Origin: Dipteris shenzhenensis
Lineage: Eukaryota
Assembly (NCBI GenBank): GCA_047967505.1
Contig: CM106538.1
DNA: 64,000 nucleotides
Direction: 5' to 3' (one strand)
A model generated the notes under the pieces. That model had not been told where the DNA came from. It did no database searches and saw nothing but the letters and a program-made list of their open reading frames with translations. Below, in pieces: positions 50,786 through 63,158 of the stretch. The position numbers were made by a program, and so were the translations under genes. Every line of letters starts with the position of its first letter. Within the stretch, counting starts at the first letter, position 1.

Positions 50786-52680
50786 GCACTTATTGAGCAC
50801 TGGCGGAATAAGAGTAAGTGAAATGATTGTTCCATGCAAGACATATTGTCAAATAAAATTGATCAAGACTGGACAAATGTTTTTGATACATGGCAATTGA
50901 TAATTTTGGTTCCGAACGTTTGCACATTATTGATCCATTAGTATGTGCCAAGTGTAACTGTACATAGAAGTGGCATAGGATCCCTTGCACAGTCGGCAAG
51001 TTACTTGAACGTACATATGGAAAGAGGACAATGCAGTAATGTGCCTTGTTCGAATGCCCATGTACGTGTATAGCAACAATCCTTGGAAGCTTCCTTCAAA
51101 GCACAACATATCGAGAAGGTGCAACAAGAAGTGTTTGAAGCTATTTGTCGCATGGGATATCTGTTGAGCATGGTGCAAAGCCCACATTGGAAAAAAGCCA
51201 TGGCCTCTGTCGCTCGGGTTTCACAATGCCTAGTTATGATGCTGTCCGTAACAGCATGTTGGATGCATACTACAATAGGATAAAAGAGGAGATGCATCAA
51301 GTTGTTTACGACGGCACTGAGAAAACAGCTTGCACCATCGTATTAGATGGATCGGAGAATATTAGCAAGCGGCCCTTGATTAATGTCATGGTTGCGATGT
51401 TCAAGGGGAGGCTTTTCGACAATCGATTGATACAAGCAGTGAGGCCAAGATGGGTGAATTCATTGCATAGCAGTTAAGTAGATGCATTGAAGACATCGGT
51501 CCTGACAATATTATTCAACTTATTACTAATAATGCTAAGAATTGTCGAAAGGATGGAAAAATTATAAATCGCAGATATCAATGTATTTGGGCATCACCAT
51601 GCTCATGCCATTGTCTGGACCTAGTCTTGGAGGATTGGTACAAAACACCTGATACAAACTTCTTCAAGTTGTTGTGGATGAGGCTTGAAAAGTTGTGTTA
51701 TACTTTCTTAACCATGAGCGATTACTGGGTATATTCAGGAATCATCAGCTTGCGAATCACCTGTTAGAGCTTCCGAAGCTAGATGAAACATGTTTTGGCA
51801 CAAAATTTATAAGGATGGAGCGGTTGTTAAAGCAAGAGGCCCTTGTAACCGAGATGCTATTCAACGCAGAAGCCGCTAAGTGGATAGCCAAGGCACGCTC
51901 AAGCAAATCTTGTAACAAATTCATTGACCTAAAGGCATTGGTTAATAATCCGGCACTTTGGAAGAGGGTATCTGATGTAGTGGAAGCCATGAAGCCAATT
52001 TGGTTTGCAATTCGTAGGTTGGATGTGAAAGGGCCAAGCATGGGAAGTGCTTATATGGCTTGGTGGATTGTTGAGAGGGATGTTTTGAAGGAAGATGCAA
52101 GGTCAGACGAACATGGATACATCATGGCTAAACGGACCACATTGCAAAAGATGGTTGAAAACGATGGAATCAAGCACACAACTCTTTGCACTATGCCGCC
52201 CATATATTAGATCCACAATGGTGGGAATATCGTACAGAGACGGATGTATAGATTATGCAGCTGTGGCATGATCTTCTTGCACGTTTCTATGAGGATAGGA
52301 CAGAGTATGCTTCTGTTGTTAAGGAACTCTCAACTTTTCAAAATAGAGAAGGACTTTTTGCCTATCCAAGAATAAAAGAATTAGCCAAGGATATGCCAGC
52401 ATGGACATGATGGGAAGAGTGTGGAGCATCCACGCCTCATTTGCAAGCCTTGACCATGAAGGTGTTGTCACAACCTTGTAGCAACTCCTCTAGCGAATGA
52501 GACTAGAGTAACTATAAGTTTGTGCATTCCTCAACAAGGAATCGCTTAACATCGGAAAGATCAGACCAGCTGGTTTACCTCTATGCAAATGGTAGGGTGC
52601 TAGATGACGTGAAAGGGGTATGTAATGACGGTGATATGCCAAAGTGGATACACACAGATCTTCCAGGTCCCTTGTAGGGT
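50008..52680 (+). pseudogene. Decayed hAT transposase (BED finger, DUF659-type core, C-terminal dimerisation domain)
   Basis: KWICNSCNQVFTGSALRIRKHLIG; ACTIVLDGSENISKRPLINVM; SPCSCHCLDLVLEDW; LQALTMKVLSQPCSNSSSE..NYKFVHSSTRNRL..LVYLYAN. Stops and frameshifts. The element probably begins near 41130 (TACCGC/GCGGTA subterminal-like motifs) with copia copy A inserted into it; this is inference. Confidence 0.88.
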
Positions 52681-52849
52681 GCCCCTCTACTTACACACCT
52701 TGAACCAAATTCTAGTGACTCAGAAAAAGAGATATTATTGTGATGTATAGCTGTGTCTGATAAATGTTGCAAAGTGGAGGTAAAATGCAAATGAGATATT
52801 GCAATTCACACTTCTTTTTGGTCATCAAATGAAATGTTGCAATCCTTCT

Positions 52850-52957
52850 AAAAAGCAATTCTTTTAAAACCAAACCCTTTTAAAATGCATGTTATTTAAA
52901 ATGCAATTCTTTTAAAATGCAATCCTTTTAAAATGAAATTGTTGAAAAATGCAACTT
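52850..52957. repeat. ~16-17-bp AT-rich tandem repeat AAAATGCAATTCTTTT
   Basis: Read directly; about 6 degenerate units. Confidence 0.7.
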
Positions 52958-53782
52958 ATTTGATATATAATTCATGATGTTGTATATCGTGTTTGCTGGA
53001 GGCTGGAGCCATGCGTGCTAGTCGTTAATGAAGTTATAAATGTTTTCAAGCACACTTCGCACAGAGAGTGTAAACCCCATCAAAGTGTGCATGAAAGATT
53101 TATATATTTTAGGAATGGCTAATTTGTGACAATTTAGATTTCAAAAAAAAAAACAATGGCTTGTCATCGTCATATTATATAAGTTCAAAGTGTACACGAG
53201 CTAACTTGTAGATTTTGGGCAAAGTATACATTTTATGCCACAACCGATAGGAGCAAAGTATACATGTGCTCAGTTTGCAAAATTTATAGTTACATTTGAG
53301 GTGGCCAAACAATTACAAGTAATGCCCATTTTCCAAAAATTTAAAGAACCAAAAAATCATCCCTTTTGACACTTCTACAAGGATGTGTCAATTCGGAGGT
53401 CCACATGAACAATTGCATTGTCAACAATTGTTCAAAAGAACGAGAAATAGGCCACATATCGAACCATCAGTACGAGGGTAGCCAGGATGGAAAGCAGGAT
53501 GATCAGCATGCTTATCCAATGAGTGTACGTCTGAAGAAAATCGATTGTTAAAACCCAAGCATTAAGACCGCACAACATTTCGTTAGGTATATTGCAACAA
53601 TTAAAAAACACCTCTGAAAGTTCTATTTTATAAAATGAACGCAAAACAATAGTCATTTGCAAATACAAAATATAACATGCTAACTTGTATAATTCATCGC
53701 ATAATCTCCAAAATCCATTAACAAAATTGATATATGTCATTACTCTTTCATTACAATATATGTCATTGAACCCATATGGGAC

Positions 53783-54398
53783 CTATAATCTTTGCAACTG
53801 AGGATTCATAGAAAATGTTGCTCCGATGCCAAGAACATCATAGAATTGCTTGGCCTAAGGATCATTACAGGTTGGACATGTACTCATGACCTTTAACATA
53901 TTTGCCAAGAATACCAGGTGAAAACGATGGTGGCATGAGAACGCATAGTATCAGGTCATCGTATCAAATCAATCTTGGCATATTAGACTTAAAGGCCCAT
54001 CATCCACAAAGGTGATACGCGTCAGAAGGGTGGAGGGTTTTCTAGCAGCCAGGCCCACAAAATTACGATCCAAGTTACAAACATACCCTTCGTCTTCAAT
54101 GTGTTGGAGTCCGGCTTGTGCATCTTGTGCTTGCTGAGAATACATAGTGGAGATGTGGCATTGCTCCTCGTAGGCATTTTCTAGGTCTTGCCTCTGTCCG
54201 ATCTATTTAAGAATTGCATTCAAGTGATTAAATTCAGGAAGAAGGCACTCGTTCTCACTCATCACCCGTCCATATTTAGACATAGCATCACACACTATGA
54301 TGCTTAGAAAGGTGAGATCTTCCAACGATGCACTTTGCGGCGCAAGCTGTGGACCCTCTGCACCATTAGGTCCTCTACACCATCTCCTACGGCTTCGC
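53783..54398 (-). pseudogene. Decayed ORF with a C-terminal RING-H2 finger, 5'-truncated by the copia fragment
   Basis: One minus-strand frame with 4 internal stops reads ..ENAYEEQCHISTMYSQQAQDAQAGLQHIEDEG..GPL[S]LICQD*FDTMT*YYAFSCHHRFHLV[F]LANMLKVMSTCPTC. This fits Cx2C..CxHx2Hx2C..CPxC, with two ligands each one base from Cys (AGT, TTC). Confidence 0.65.
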
Positions 54399-55310
54399 CA
54401 ATCCAGATGGCAGTATTCAAAGATACAAAGCCAGATTAGTTGCAAAAGGATTTGCACAACAATATGGTCAAGACTATGATGAGACTTATGCTCCAGTAGC
54501 AAAGATGGATTCCATACGGTTCTTGATATCACTAGTGACACTCAACAAATGGAATGTGTATCAGCTCAACGTCAAGAATGCATTTCTCAATGGTTATCTA
54601 GACGAGGAAGTCTACATGCAACAACCAGCAGGTTATGTTGAACCAGGAAAGGAGAAAAAGGTTTGCCATCTCAAGAAAAGCCTCTACGGCTTAAAGCAAG
54701 CACCCAAAAGTTGGTACAGTAGAATTGATAAGTATTTTGCTGATCTGGGATACATGAAGTCCAATGCAGATCATACTCTCTACTACAAAGTTCAAGGGGA
54801 AGACATTACTATTGCACTTTTGTATGTAGATGATCTGATTGTGACAGGAAGCAAGGATAGCTTCATTAGAAAATTAAAACAAGACTTATCTGCAAAGTTC
54901 GACATGAAAGATCTTGGACTTATGCACTATTGTCTTGGAATTGAGTTCTGGAGAGATTCAGATAGCACATTTTTGAGTCAGCTCAAGTATGTTGATAGTC
55001 TCCTGAAGAAGTTTCATATGGCAGATTGCAAGATTGCAGCCACTCCCTTGGAATAGAGTTTGAAAGTTACTAAAGATTCAGAAAAGCCTATAGTCAATGA
55101 CAGATACTACAGGCAACTCATCGGATCCCTTATATATCTGACAATCACACGGCCAGATTTTTGTTATGCAGTAAGCTCACTAGCACAGTTTATGGCAAAT
55201 CCAAAATAGTCTCATTGGAATGCAGCCAAAAGAGTCTTGAGATACATCAGAGGTACAAGACAGTTTGGGATAGAATACAGAGGAAGTCATCCATGGTTGC
55301 ATGGATACTG
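54399..55310 (+). mobile_element. RT fragment of the same copia family (inverted part of copy C)
   Basis: Near-identical to copy A 47155-48065 (DGSIQRYKARL..LHGY); in-frame TAG stops at 55054 and ~55207. Confidence 0.93.
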
Positions 55311-55802
55311 GAGACATGTATTCACCTCCTCTGTCTGATCTCATGACCTTATTTTTCTGCCTGTTTGGTTTTCTACCATGGCTTTGAATTCTTGAAATCT
55401 GGAAAACACTTCAGATTTCTCTTTCAGAAAATAGACCCAACAATATCTGCTGTAGTCGTCGATGAAGGTCAAGTAATAAAGTGAACCATTGATGCTGCGG
55501 GTCTGGGCATAACCCCATACATCTGTATGTATCAGATCAAGAATACCTCGTGCACGAGAGGTACTTCTGACAAAGTTGGTTCGCTTTTGTTTGCCGAAGC
55601 AGCATGCTTCACAAACTTTTCCAAGAAACTGTAGCTTCGGAATCCCAATTGCCATATTTGATTCCTTAGATCTAACAAGTACTTGAAGTTGACATGACCA
55701 TATCTCTTGTGCCATTTTGTAGATAGTGGCATCTGTTGCATTTGAGCTGACATGGCATGCATATCTGGTACTGTAGCTAGCATTTTGTATAAGCGTCCTT
55801 CC
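55311..55802 (-). mobile_element. Copy C (minus strand): GAG-pre-integrase/integrase segment, left of the copy B insertion
   Basis: Reverse complement of copy A ~45812-46305 (EGRLYKML..WHKRYGH..LIHTDVWG..RSDRGGEYMS). Confidence 0.93.
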
Positions 55803-57439
55803 TGTTGAGAGTTCATGCTCAACATCATGTGATCATGTGTGCATAGCACCATCACGTGATCATATGTGCATAGCACTAACCTTATAGAGTGCTATAAAGG
55901 AAAGGGTTAGATCCCCTAACCCTAACCCTAAAAGGGTTTGTATATATTCTATTTTTTCAACTAATTCTAGTGTACAGTTAGTCAATTTGTGGTGTGCTCT
56001 CTAGCTGTGCCCTCTCTCCTCATCTCCACTCTTCTCCTCTCCCCTCTTCATATTTTGTCATGGTATCAGAGCATGGTTCTGCCTTCCGTTGAGGCGCCAT
56101 CCTTCTTGTGAGAGTGATTGAGAGATTGAGAGATTGAGAGAGATTGAGTGTTCCATTCTCTTCCGTTGAGAGAAAATTCCGTCCATCGGAAGAAGATTTC
56201 CGTCATTTGTTCTTGAGAGATTTCCGTCATTTGAGAGAGTTATTCATTCCGTTCATTCTTTGTGAGGACTTCCATTATGAGTGAGAGAGAGATTGTCCAT
56301 CCATTATCTTTGTGAGAAAGATAGGGAGAGTTCCGTGAGGTTGAGATTTGGAGGAGGAAATCTTGTCTTTGAGAGAAAAAGAGAGTTGTTGATGGAAAGA
56401 AAAGCCAGGGAGTAAGAGTCCTTTTTTTTTTTCAGAGTTTGAGGACTGGAGAGGGACATACTACAGCTCCACTGCAAACGACGAACCTTTGAGCTCCTTC
56501 ACAAGCTCCCACACAAGTCTAGCTCAAAGGGCTCAGCCTACCTTCAGCGCACCGACTCGAATTCTTGAGCTCAAAGCCCTGCAACAACAAAACTCACCAA
56601 ATGGCGGTCTTTCACAAAGAGAAGCGTCTCACCAGCCTGCTCTATTGACTTTGCATCCATAGAGGCGATGCTCCAAAGCAGCTTTACTCAACCAAAGCTC
56701 CCATGACTGACGTCCAAAGTGCATTCTATCGTGGCGACTCCAACAGTAGCTTGAAATATTGGCCACTCGTCAAGCTCACTGCATCTCGAGCAGCTACGGC
56801 AATGACATCTGCTTTGTTTGAGGAGTTTATCTAAGGATGATAGAAGCATCACAACCCCTTATGAAGCAATTGTGGAGCAGCAGACACCTTCAACTTTCAA
56901 GTAAGTGATCTGCCACAGTGCCTTAGCTTCGTTAACGAGCCCAAATACGGCTCCAACGGCCCATGCAGCGAAGCTGACAAGGGAGCTCCATAGTCGAGCC
57001 TCTTATGTGAATCAGCACCTATCTATGACCTCCAGCCAAGCGCACAACCGTTGGTCACTAGGTAGCAAGCAACTCTACGGCTGCTCTCCGCCATACGATC
57101 ACCGGCCAACGCATTCGATCAGGCTCGTTGTGCAGAGACTTAGTAGACAAGGTTGACGCTCCATCGACTTGCAAACCCCCGCTCCTGGCAACGCCCGCTC
57201 CACGAACGACGGGCTTATACGCTTGATTTGCCTCAACGACTCTCTCGCCACGAAGCGAGCGCCTCCATCGATCGGATCTCCAAGAGCACCCACGACCACC
57301 TCACACACAGGCCGCGACGGAATCGGCATCTTCGACGAAATCTCCAAAAGATTCCAGTGGCTCTCCATGGAACACGTGGCAGATAGGACCTAACCAGGCT
57401 AAGGTTCTATCAACCCCTAGTTAGGTGGTTTGGTCACAA

Positions 57440-57700
57440 TTGTGCCACGTGGCAACGTAATCTTATCTGCCACGTCATCATCTTATCCACTGCCACGTCA
57501 TCTGCCACATCAGCACTGCCACGTCAGCACTGCCATGTCACTTGCCACGTCATCAGTGACACGTCATCAGCCACGTCACCTGCCACGTCATCAGTGACAC
57601 GTCATCAGGCCACGTCACCTGCCACGTCATCTGTGCCACGTCACTTGTGCCACGTCATCAGTGCCACATCATCAGTGACACCTCAGCACTGCCACCTCAG
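57440..57700. repeat. Expanded GCCACGTCA(TC) motif array in the leader of copy B
   Basis: About 17 units, about 12 of them with a perfect CACGTCA. Confidence 0.9.
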
Positions 57701-58561
57701 CACAGAGCTTCACTGGCACACCTCTTGCTAAGCACAGTGCCACATCATCACTGCATGTGACTCACAGTGACACATCATCATTGAGCACCATTTGCACTCC
57801 TTTTGCCCCTCCACCTAGATCAAGTCATATCTCTTGATCCAGGAAGAATTTGAGGGTGCTCCAAAAAGGAAAGTCGCTCGATTTTTTGTGCTCTACGCGC
57901 TCGTTACATCACGCGCACATTTCGGTGCAAGTTACACTCACATTTGAGCCTCGCCGACAAAACCACTTCCTTCACGCACATTTGCCTCTACATCGACGCA
58001 TCTGACCCAGCACTTAAAAAGAACAAAAGAAAAGGAATTATTTGCTGCTCTTTCATCGATCGACGGTTGGTTTAGATCTAGATTAGAGTAGACTAGATCG
58101 CCATAGAGGGGACGCTTTGAATTCCCCAAGTTGCCAATCTAAGCCATGCCCGAAATTCTCGACTAGTACCTACTCGGAGTCAGTCCATACGCTCACATCC
58201 GATTTCACATCATTGCATTACCTGAAACCATACGTTCATCAGTTCAGTGAGCAGACTTCAGAGTTCAGAGGCATTGCAGATTGATTCAGTGGGCAGATAG
58301 CACTTGATTTCACACACACATGCCACCATTGTAAAGCCTATTTGGCTATCTCACGGCATCGTGCACATCATTTTCAGCCTTGTAAAGCCTCTTGGCTATT
58401 CCCGGCATCATTGCCACAAGCCTTGTAACACAGGTCAGATCTTATTTACTGCAGTTCTATCTTCACCGACGGTACAGAGATTTCACTTGGCATCTTCAGT
58501 GTATTTGCAGTTGATTCATACAGAGTTTTCCAGGACACTTTTTGAGTACATTGTTTGCACC

Positions 58562-61500
58562 ATGTCGACTAGCAACCTCAATCTGGAGGCATCTGCTAAG
58601 TTAGACAACTCCAATTACGGTACATGGAAATACCGAATGGAGACCATTCTTGTGCTTCAGGACAAATGGGAGTATGTTGATGGATCCATACCTAGACCAT
58701 TGGCCGATCCAGCCACCAGTAGCTCTACTCCATCTGTTGTCACAGCACCAGCAACGGGATCTACATCGGGATCTACATCTACACAAACAGTTTCCGCACC
58801 AGTAGCAGATCCTGCCATTGCTCGAGCTCAAGCAAAATGGGATAAGAAAGACAAGTATGCCTATCACCTGATCAAGCAAAATGTGCAAGATGTCATGCTA
58901 GCACAGCTCAACACAGTCAAGACATCAAAAGAAGCATGGGATATGTTCGCAGCTCTCTACGAGTCCAAGAATACATCCAGGATTCTCACCTTGAGAAACC
59001 AGATCAACCAGAGTTTCCGCAATAGCAATGAAACCGGTCATGCTTATGTACTCCGCATCAAAGACTACAACAATCAACTTGCAGCAGCAGGAGAGACTAT
59101 GAATCCCGCAGAAATGGTTCAAGTAATCCTGAATGGACTAGGAGAAGGATATGAGAATCTGGTCTAGAGTATTGCCATCCAACGGCAAATTCCAACACTT
59201 GAAGAACTTCAGTCAGTTCTACTTGGTGAAGAACTCAGGACTCAGGCCATTCAAGCACGTAAAGGTCATTCTAATGATCAGGCATTCACCGCTTCAGACA
59301 GAAGCAGAGGCAAAGGCAGAAACAGAGGTAGATCATATCAGAAAAGTGGTCAAAATCAAAGTCAGAATCAGCATCAGCATCAGCAGCATCCTCAGCAACA
59401 TCAAAATCAGCAAAGAGGAAATCATTCCAATAAAGGAAGATTCCAAGGACGAGGGAATGCATCCACCAATGTGTCAAACATTCAATGCAACTATTGTCAC
59501 AAGTTTGGACACTATGAAAGAGATTGCCGCAAGAAGCAGTATGACCAAAGCGGTCAATCCAGCAGTAATCGAGGGAATTCCCGAGGAAGAGGAAATCATC
59601 ATGGTGGACATTCTAGTCACAGTCATTTTGCAAATGAACATGGGAATATGTTTCTTGCAAGTGAGGAATTGCATCAGACTGATACAATGCACCTAGACAC
59701 TGATTTCAATCCCAAAGAAGATTTCAGTTATCAAGTCGACCAAGTGGAACAGGATCCTTGGTACATAGACAGCGGTGCATCATCTCATATGACAAATCAT
59801 CAGGAATGGTTCACAGAAATGAAGCCATTAGAAGGTCAAAAGAATGTCATCTATACAGCAGACAATACACCGAATCCGGTTCAAGGGACAGGTGTTATCC
59901 CTATGAACAATTTCACTGGTACAAAAGGATTAGTCAAAGATGTGCTCTATGTTCCGAAGCTCAGCAAGAACCTTTTGTCAGTAGGTCAAACGACGGAACA
60001 CAACTACAAAGTCATCTTCGACGGTGATGAATGCACTATCAGAGACAAATCCAAAAGAGGTCAGCTAGTAGCAAAAGGTGTCAAGGAAGGACGCTTATAC
60101 AGGATGCTAGCTACAGTACCAGATAAACATGCCATGTCAGCTCAAATGCAACAGATGCCACTATCTGCAAAATGGCACAAGAGATATGGTCATGTCAACT
60201 TCAAGTACTTGTTAGATCTAAGGAATCAAAATATGGCAATTGGGATTCCGAAGCTACAGTTTCTTGGAAAGGTTTGTGAAGCATGCTGCTTCGGCAAACA
60301 AAAGCGAACCAACTTTGTCAGAAGTACCTCTCGTGCACGAGGTATTCTTGATTTAATTCATACAGATGTATGGGGTTATGCCTAGACCCGCAGCATCAAT
60401 GGTTCACTTTATTACTTGACCTTCATCGACGACTACAGCAGATATTGTTGGGTCTACTTTCTGAAAGAGAAATCTGAAGTGTTTGCCAGATTTCAAGAAT
60501 TCAAAGCCATGGTAGAAAACCAAACAGGCAGAAAGATAAAGGTCATGAGATCAGACAGAGGAGGTGAATACATGTCTTCAGCCTTCATGAACTTTTGCAA
60601 AACTCACGGCATTCGAAGACAATTCACATGTGCAGATACTCCTCAGCAAAATGCAATAGCTGAAAGGAAGAATGGGACTTTAGCAGACAGTGCTAGAGCA
60701 ATGCTTAGTGAAAAGCATCTTCCGAATCAGTATTGGGCAGAAGCAATAGCTACAGCTAACTACTTGCTTAATCGGCTTCCTACCGAACCGATACAAGGTA
60801 TAACTCCTTATGAAGCATTCACTGGACACAAGCCACACATTGGGCATCTCCGCATATTTGGTTGCATAGCATATGCCCACATACATGATGATCATCGCAG
60901 GAAATTGGATGCGAAGTCACGCAAATGCATCATGGTTGGCTACAGTGACGAGAGTAAAGCATACAAATTATATGATCCCATCAACCGCAAAGTCATTATC
61001 TCCAGAGATGTAATCTTCGATGAGGAATCAGAATGGAAAACCTCACCTACACAGGAGATAGAAGCATCGACTTCACAGTCATCTACAGAACAGGTTGATG
61101 AAGAAGAGCAAGAATTGCCAGCAACACCCCAATCAGCGTCACAGCAGCTCAGACGGTCTACTAGGGAAAGCAGACCACCAGCCAGATTGACATATGCTCA
61201 GAAAGGCAAAGCAATTCAGGTGGAAACCACCAACTATGCTCTTATGACTACCATCATGGCTACAGAAGAGCCAGTGTACTTCGAAGACGCAGTAGATAAG
61301 CCAGAATGGCAAACTGCAATGAATGAAGAAATGGATGCTTTGTATAAAAACAACACTTGGGAATTATGCGACCTTCCACCAGGAAAGAAGGCCATAGCCA
61401 ACAAATGGGTATACAAAGTGAAGTACAATCCAGATGGCAGTATTCAGAGATACAAAGCCAGATTAGTTGCAAAAGGATTTGCACAACAATATGGTCAAGA

Positions 61501-62813
61501 TTATGATGAGACTTATGCTCCACTAGCAAAGATGGATTCCATACGGTTCTTGATATCACTAGCGACACTCAGTAAATGGAATGTATATCAGCTCGATGTC
61601 AAGAATGCATTTCTCAATGGTTATCTAGACGAGGAAGTCTACATGCAACAACCAGCCGGTTATGTTGAACCAGGACAGGAGAACAAGGTTTGCCATCTCA
61701 AGAAAAGTCTCTATGGCTTAAAGCAAGCACCCAGAAGTTGGTACAGCAGAATTGACAAGTATTTTGCTGATCTGGGATACATGAAGTCCACTGCAGATCA
61801 TACTCTCTACTACAAAGTTCAAGGGGAAGATATTACTATTGCACTTTTGTACGTAGATGATCTGATTGTAACAGGAAGCAAGGATAGCTTCATCAGAAAG
61901 CTAAAACAAGACTTATCTGCAGAGTTCGACATGAAAGATCTTGGACTTATGCACTATTGTCTTGGAATTGAGTTCTGGAGAGATTCGGATAGCACATTCA
62001 TGAGTCAGCTCAAATATGTTGACAGTCTCCTGAAGAAGTTTCATATGGCAGATTGCAAGATTGCAGCCACTCCCATGGAACAGAGTTTGAAACTTACTAA
62101 AGATTCAGAAAAGCCTACAGTCAATGACAGATACTACAGGCAACTCATTGGATCTCTTATATATCTGACAATCACACGGCCAGATATATGCAGTAAGCTC
62201 ACTAGCACAGTTTATGGCAAATCCAAAACAGTCTCACTGGAATGCAGCCAAAAGAGTCTTGAGATACATCAGAGGTACAAGACAATTTGGGATAGAATAC
62301 AGAGGAAGTCATCCACGATTGCATGGATACTGTGACAGTGACTATGCTGGAGATCATGAGACCAGGAGATCGACACAGGGATATGCATTTTTCCTTGGTC
62401 AAGGTGCTATATCATGGTTGTCAAACAAACAGCCAACTGTTTCTTTGTCTTCGACTGAAGCAGAATATAGAGCACTCACTACAGGTGCATGTGAGGCTAT
62501 ATGGCTCAGAAGACTATTGTCAGAAACAGATTACTTTGATGAGTCAAAGCCAACAACAATATACTGTGATAATCAATCGGCTCAAGCATTGGCCAAAAAT
62601 CCAGTATATCACTCCAGAACAAAGCACATTGATGTCAGAGAGCACTTCATCAGAGAAAGAGTGTTACTTGGTGACATCACACTGCAGCATTGTGATAGCA
62701 AAGAAAATGTTGCAGACATCTTTACCAAACCACTCGGTAAAGAGCTATTCGAGAAACACCAACTAGCTCTTGGTTTGATGTAGAGGAAGGACATTCCCAT
62801 TAAAGGGGTGTGA
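58562..62813 (+). pseudogene. Gag-Pol polyprotein of copy B, with TAG at 59165, 60383 and 62781 and a 5-bp deletion at ~62187
   Basis: Collinear with copy A; lesions located by pairwise comparison. Confidence 0.93.
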
Positions 62814-63158
62814 TGGAATGTAATGCTCAGTCCTTCTTCTATTCCCCAGAATCATCATCTTGAGGGAAGGCCTACTTCATGATGTTGATCTTGAGGGAAG
62901 GTGTTGAGAGTTCATGCTCAACATCATGTGATCATGTGTGCATAGCACCATCACGTGATCATATGTGCATAGCACTAACCTTATAGAGTGCTATAAAGGA
63001 AAGGGTTAGATCCCCTAACCCTAACCCTAAAAGGGTTTGTATATATTCTATTTTTTCAACTAATTCTAGTGTACAGTTAGTCATTTGTGGTGTGCTCTCT
63101 AGCTGTGCCCTCTCTCCTCATCTCCACTCTTCTCCTCTCCCCTCTTCATATTTTGTCA

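Larger units (their letters stand above)
55803..63158 (+). mobile_element. Full-length Ty1/copia retrotransposon, copy B; LTRs 55803-56060 and 62902-63158; nested in copy C
   Basis: LTRs differ by a single 1-bp indel by eye; perfect TSD CTTCC; PBS TGGTATCAGAGC at 56061; PPT GAGGGAAGG; same gag-pol as copy A. Confidence 0.97.

Noticed and set aside
56970-56992. Partial miR159/319-like (AAGGGAGCTCC) match; similar short miR166-like (42286) and miR171-like (13382) matches in the leaders
   Set aside because: Matches are only 10-12 nt with gaps, have no hairpin precursor, and are expected by chance in AGCTC-rich sequence.
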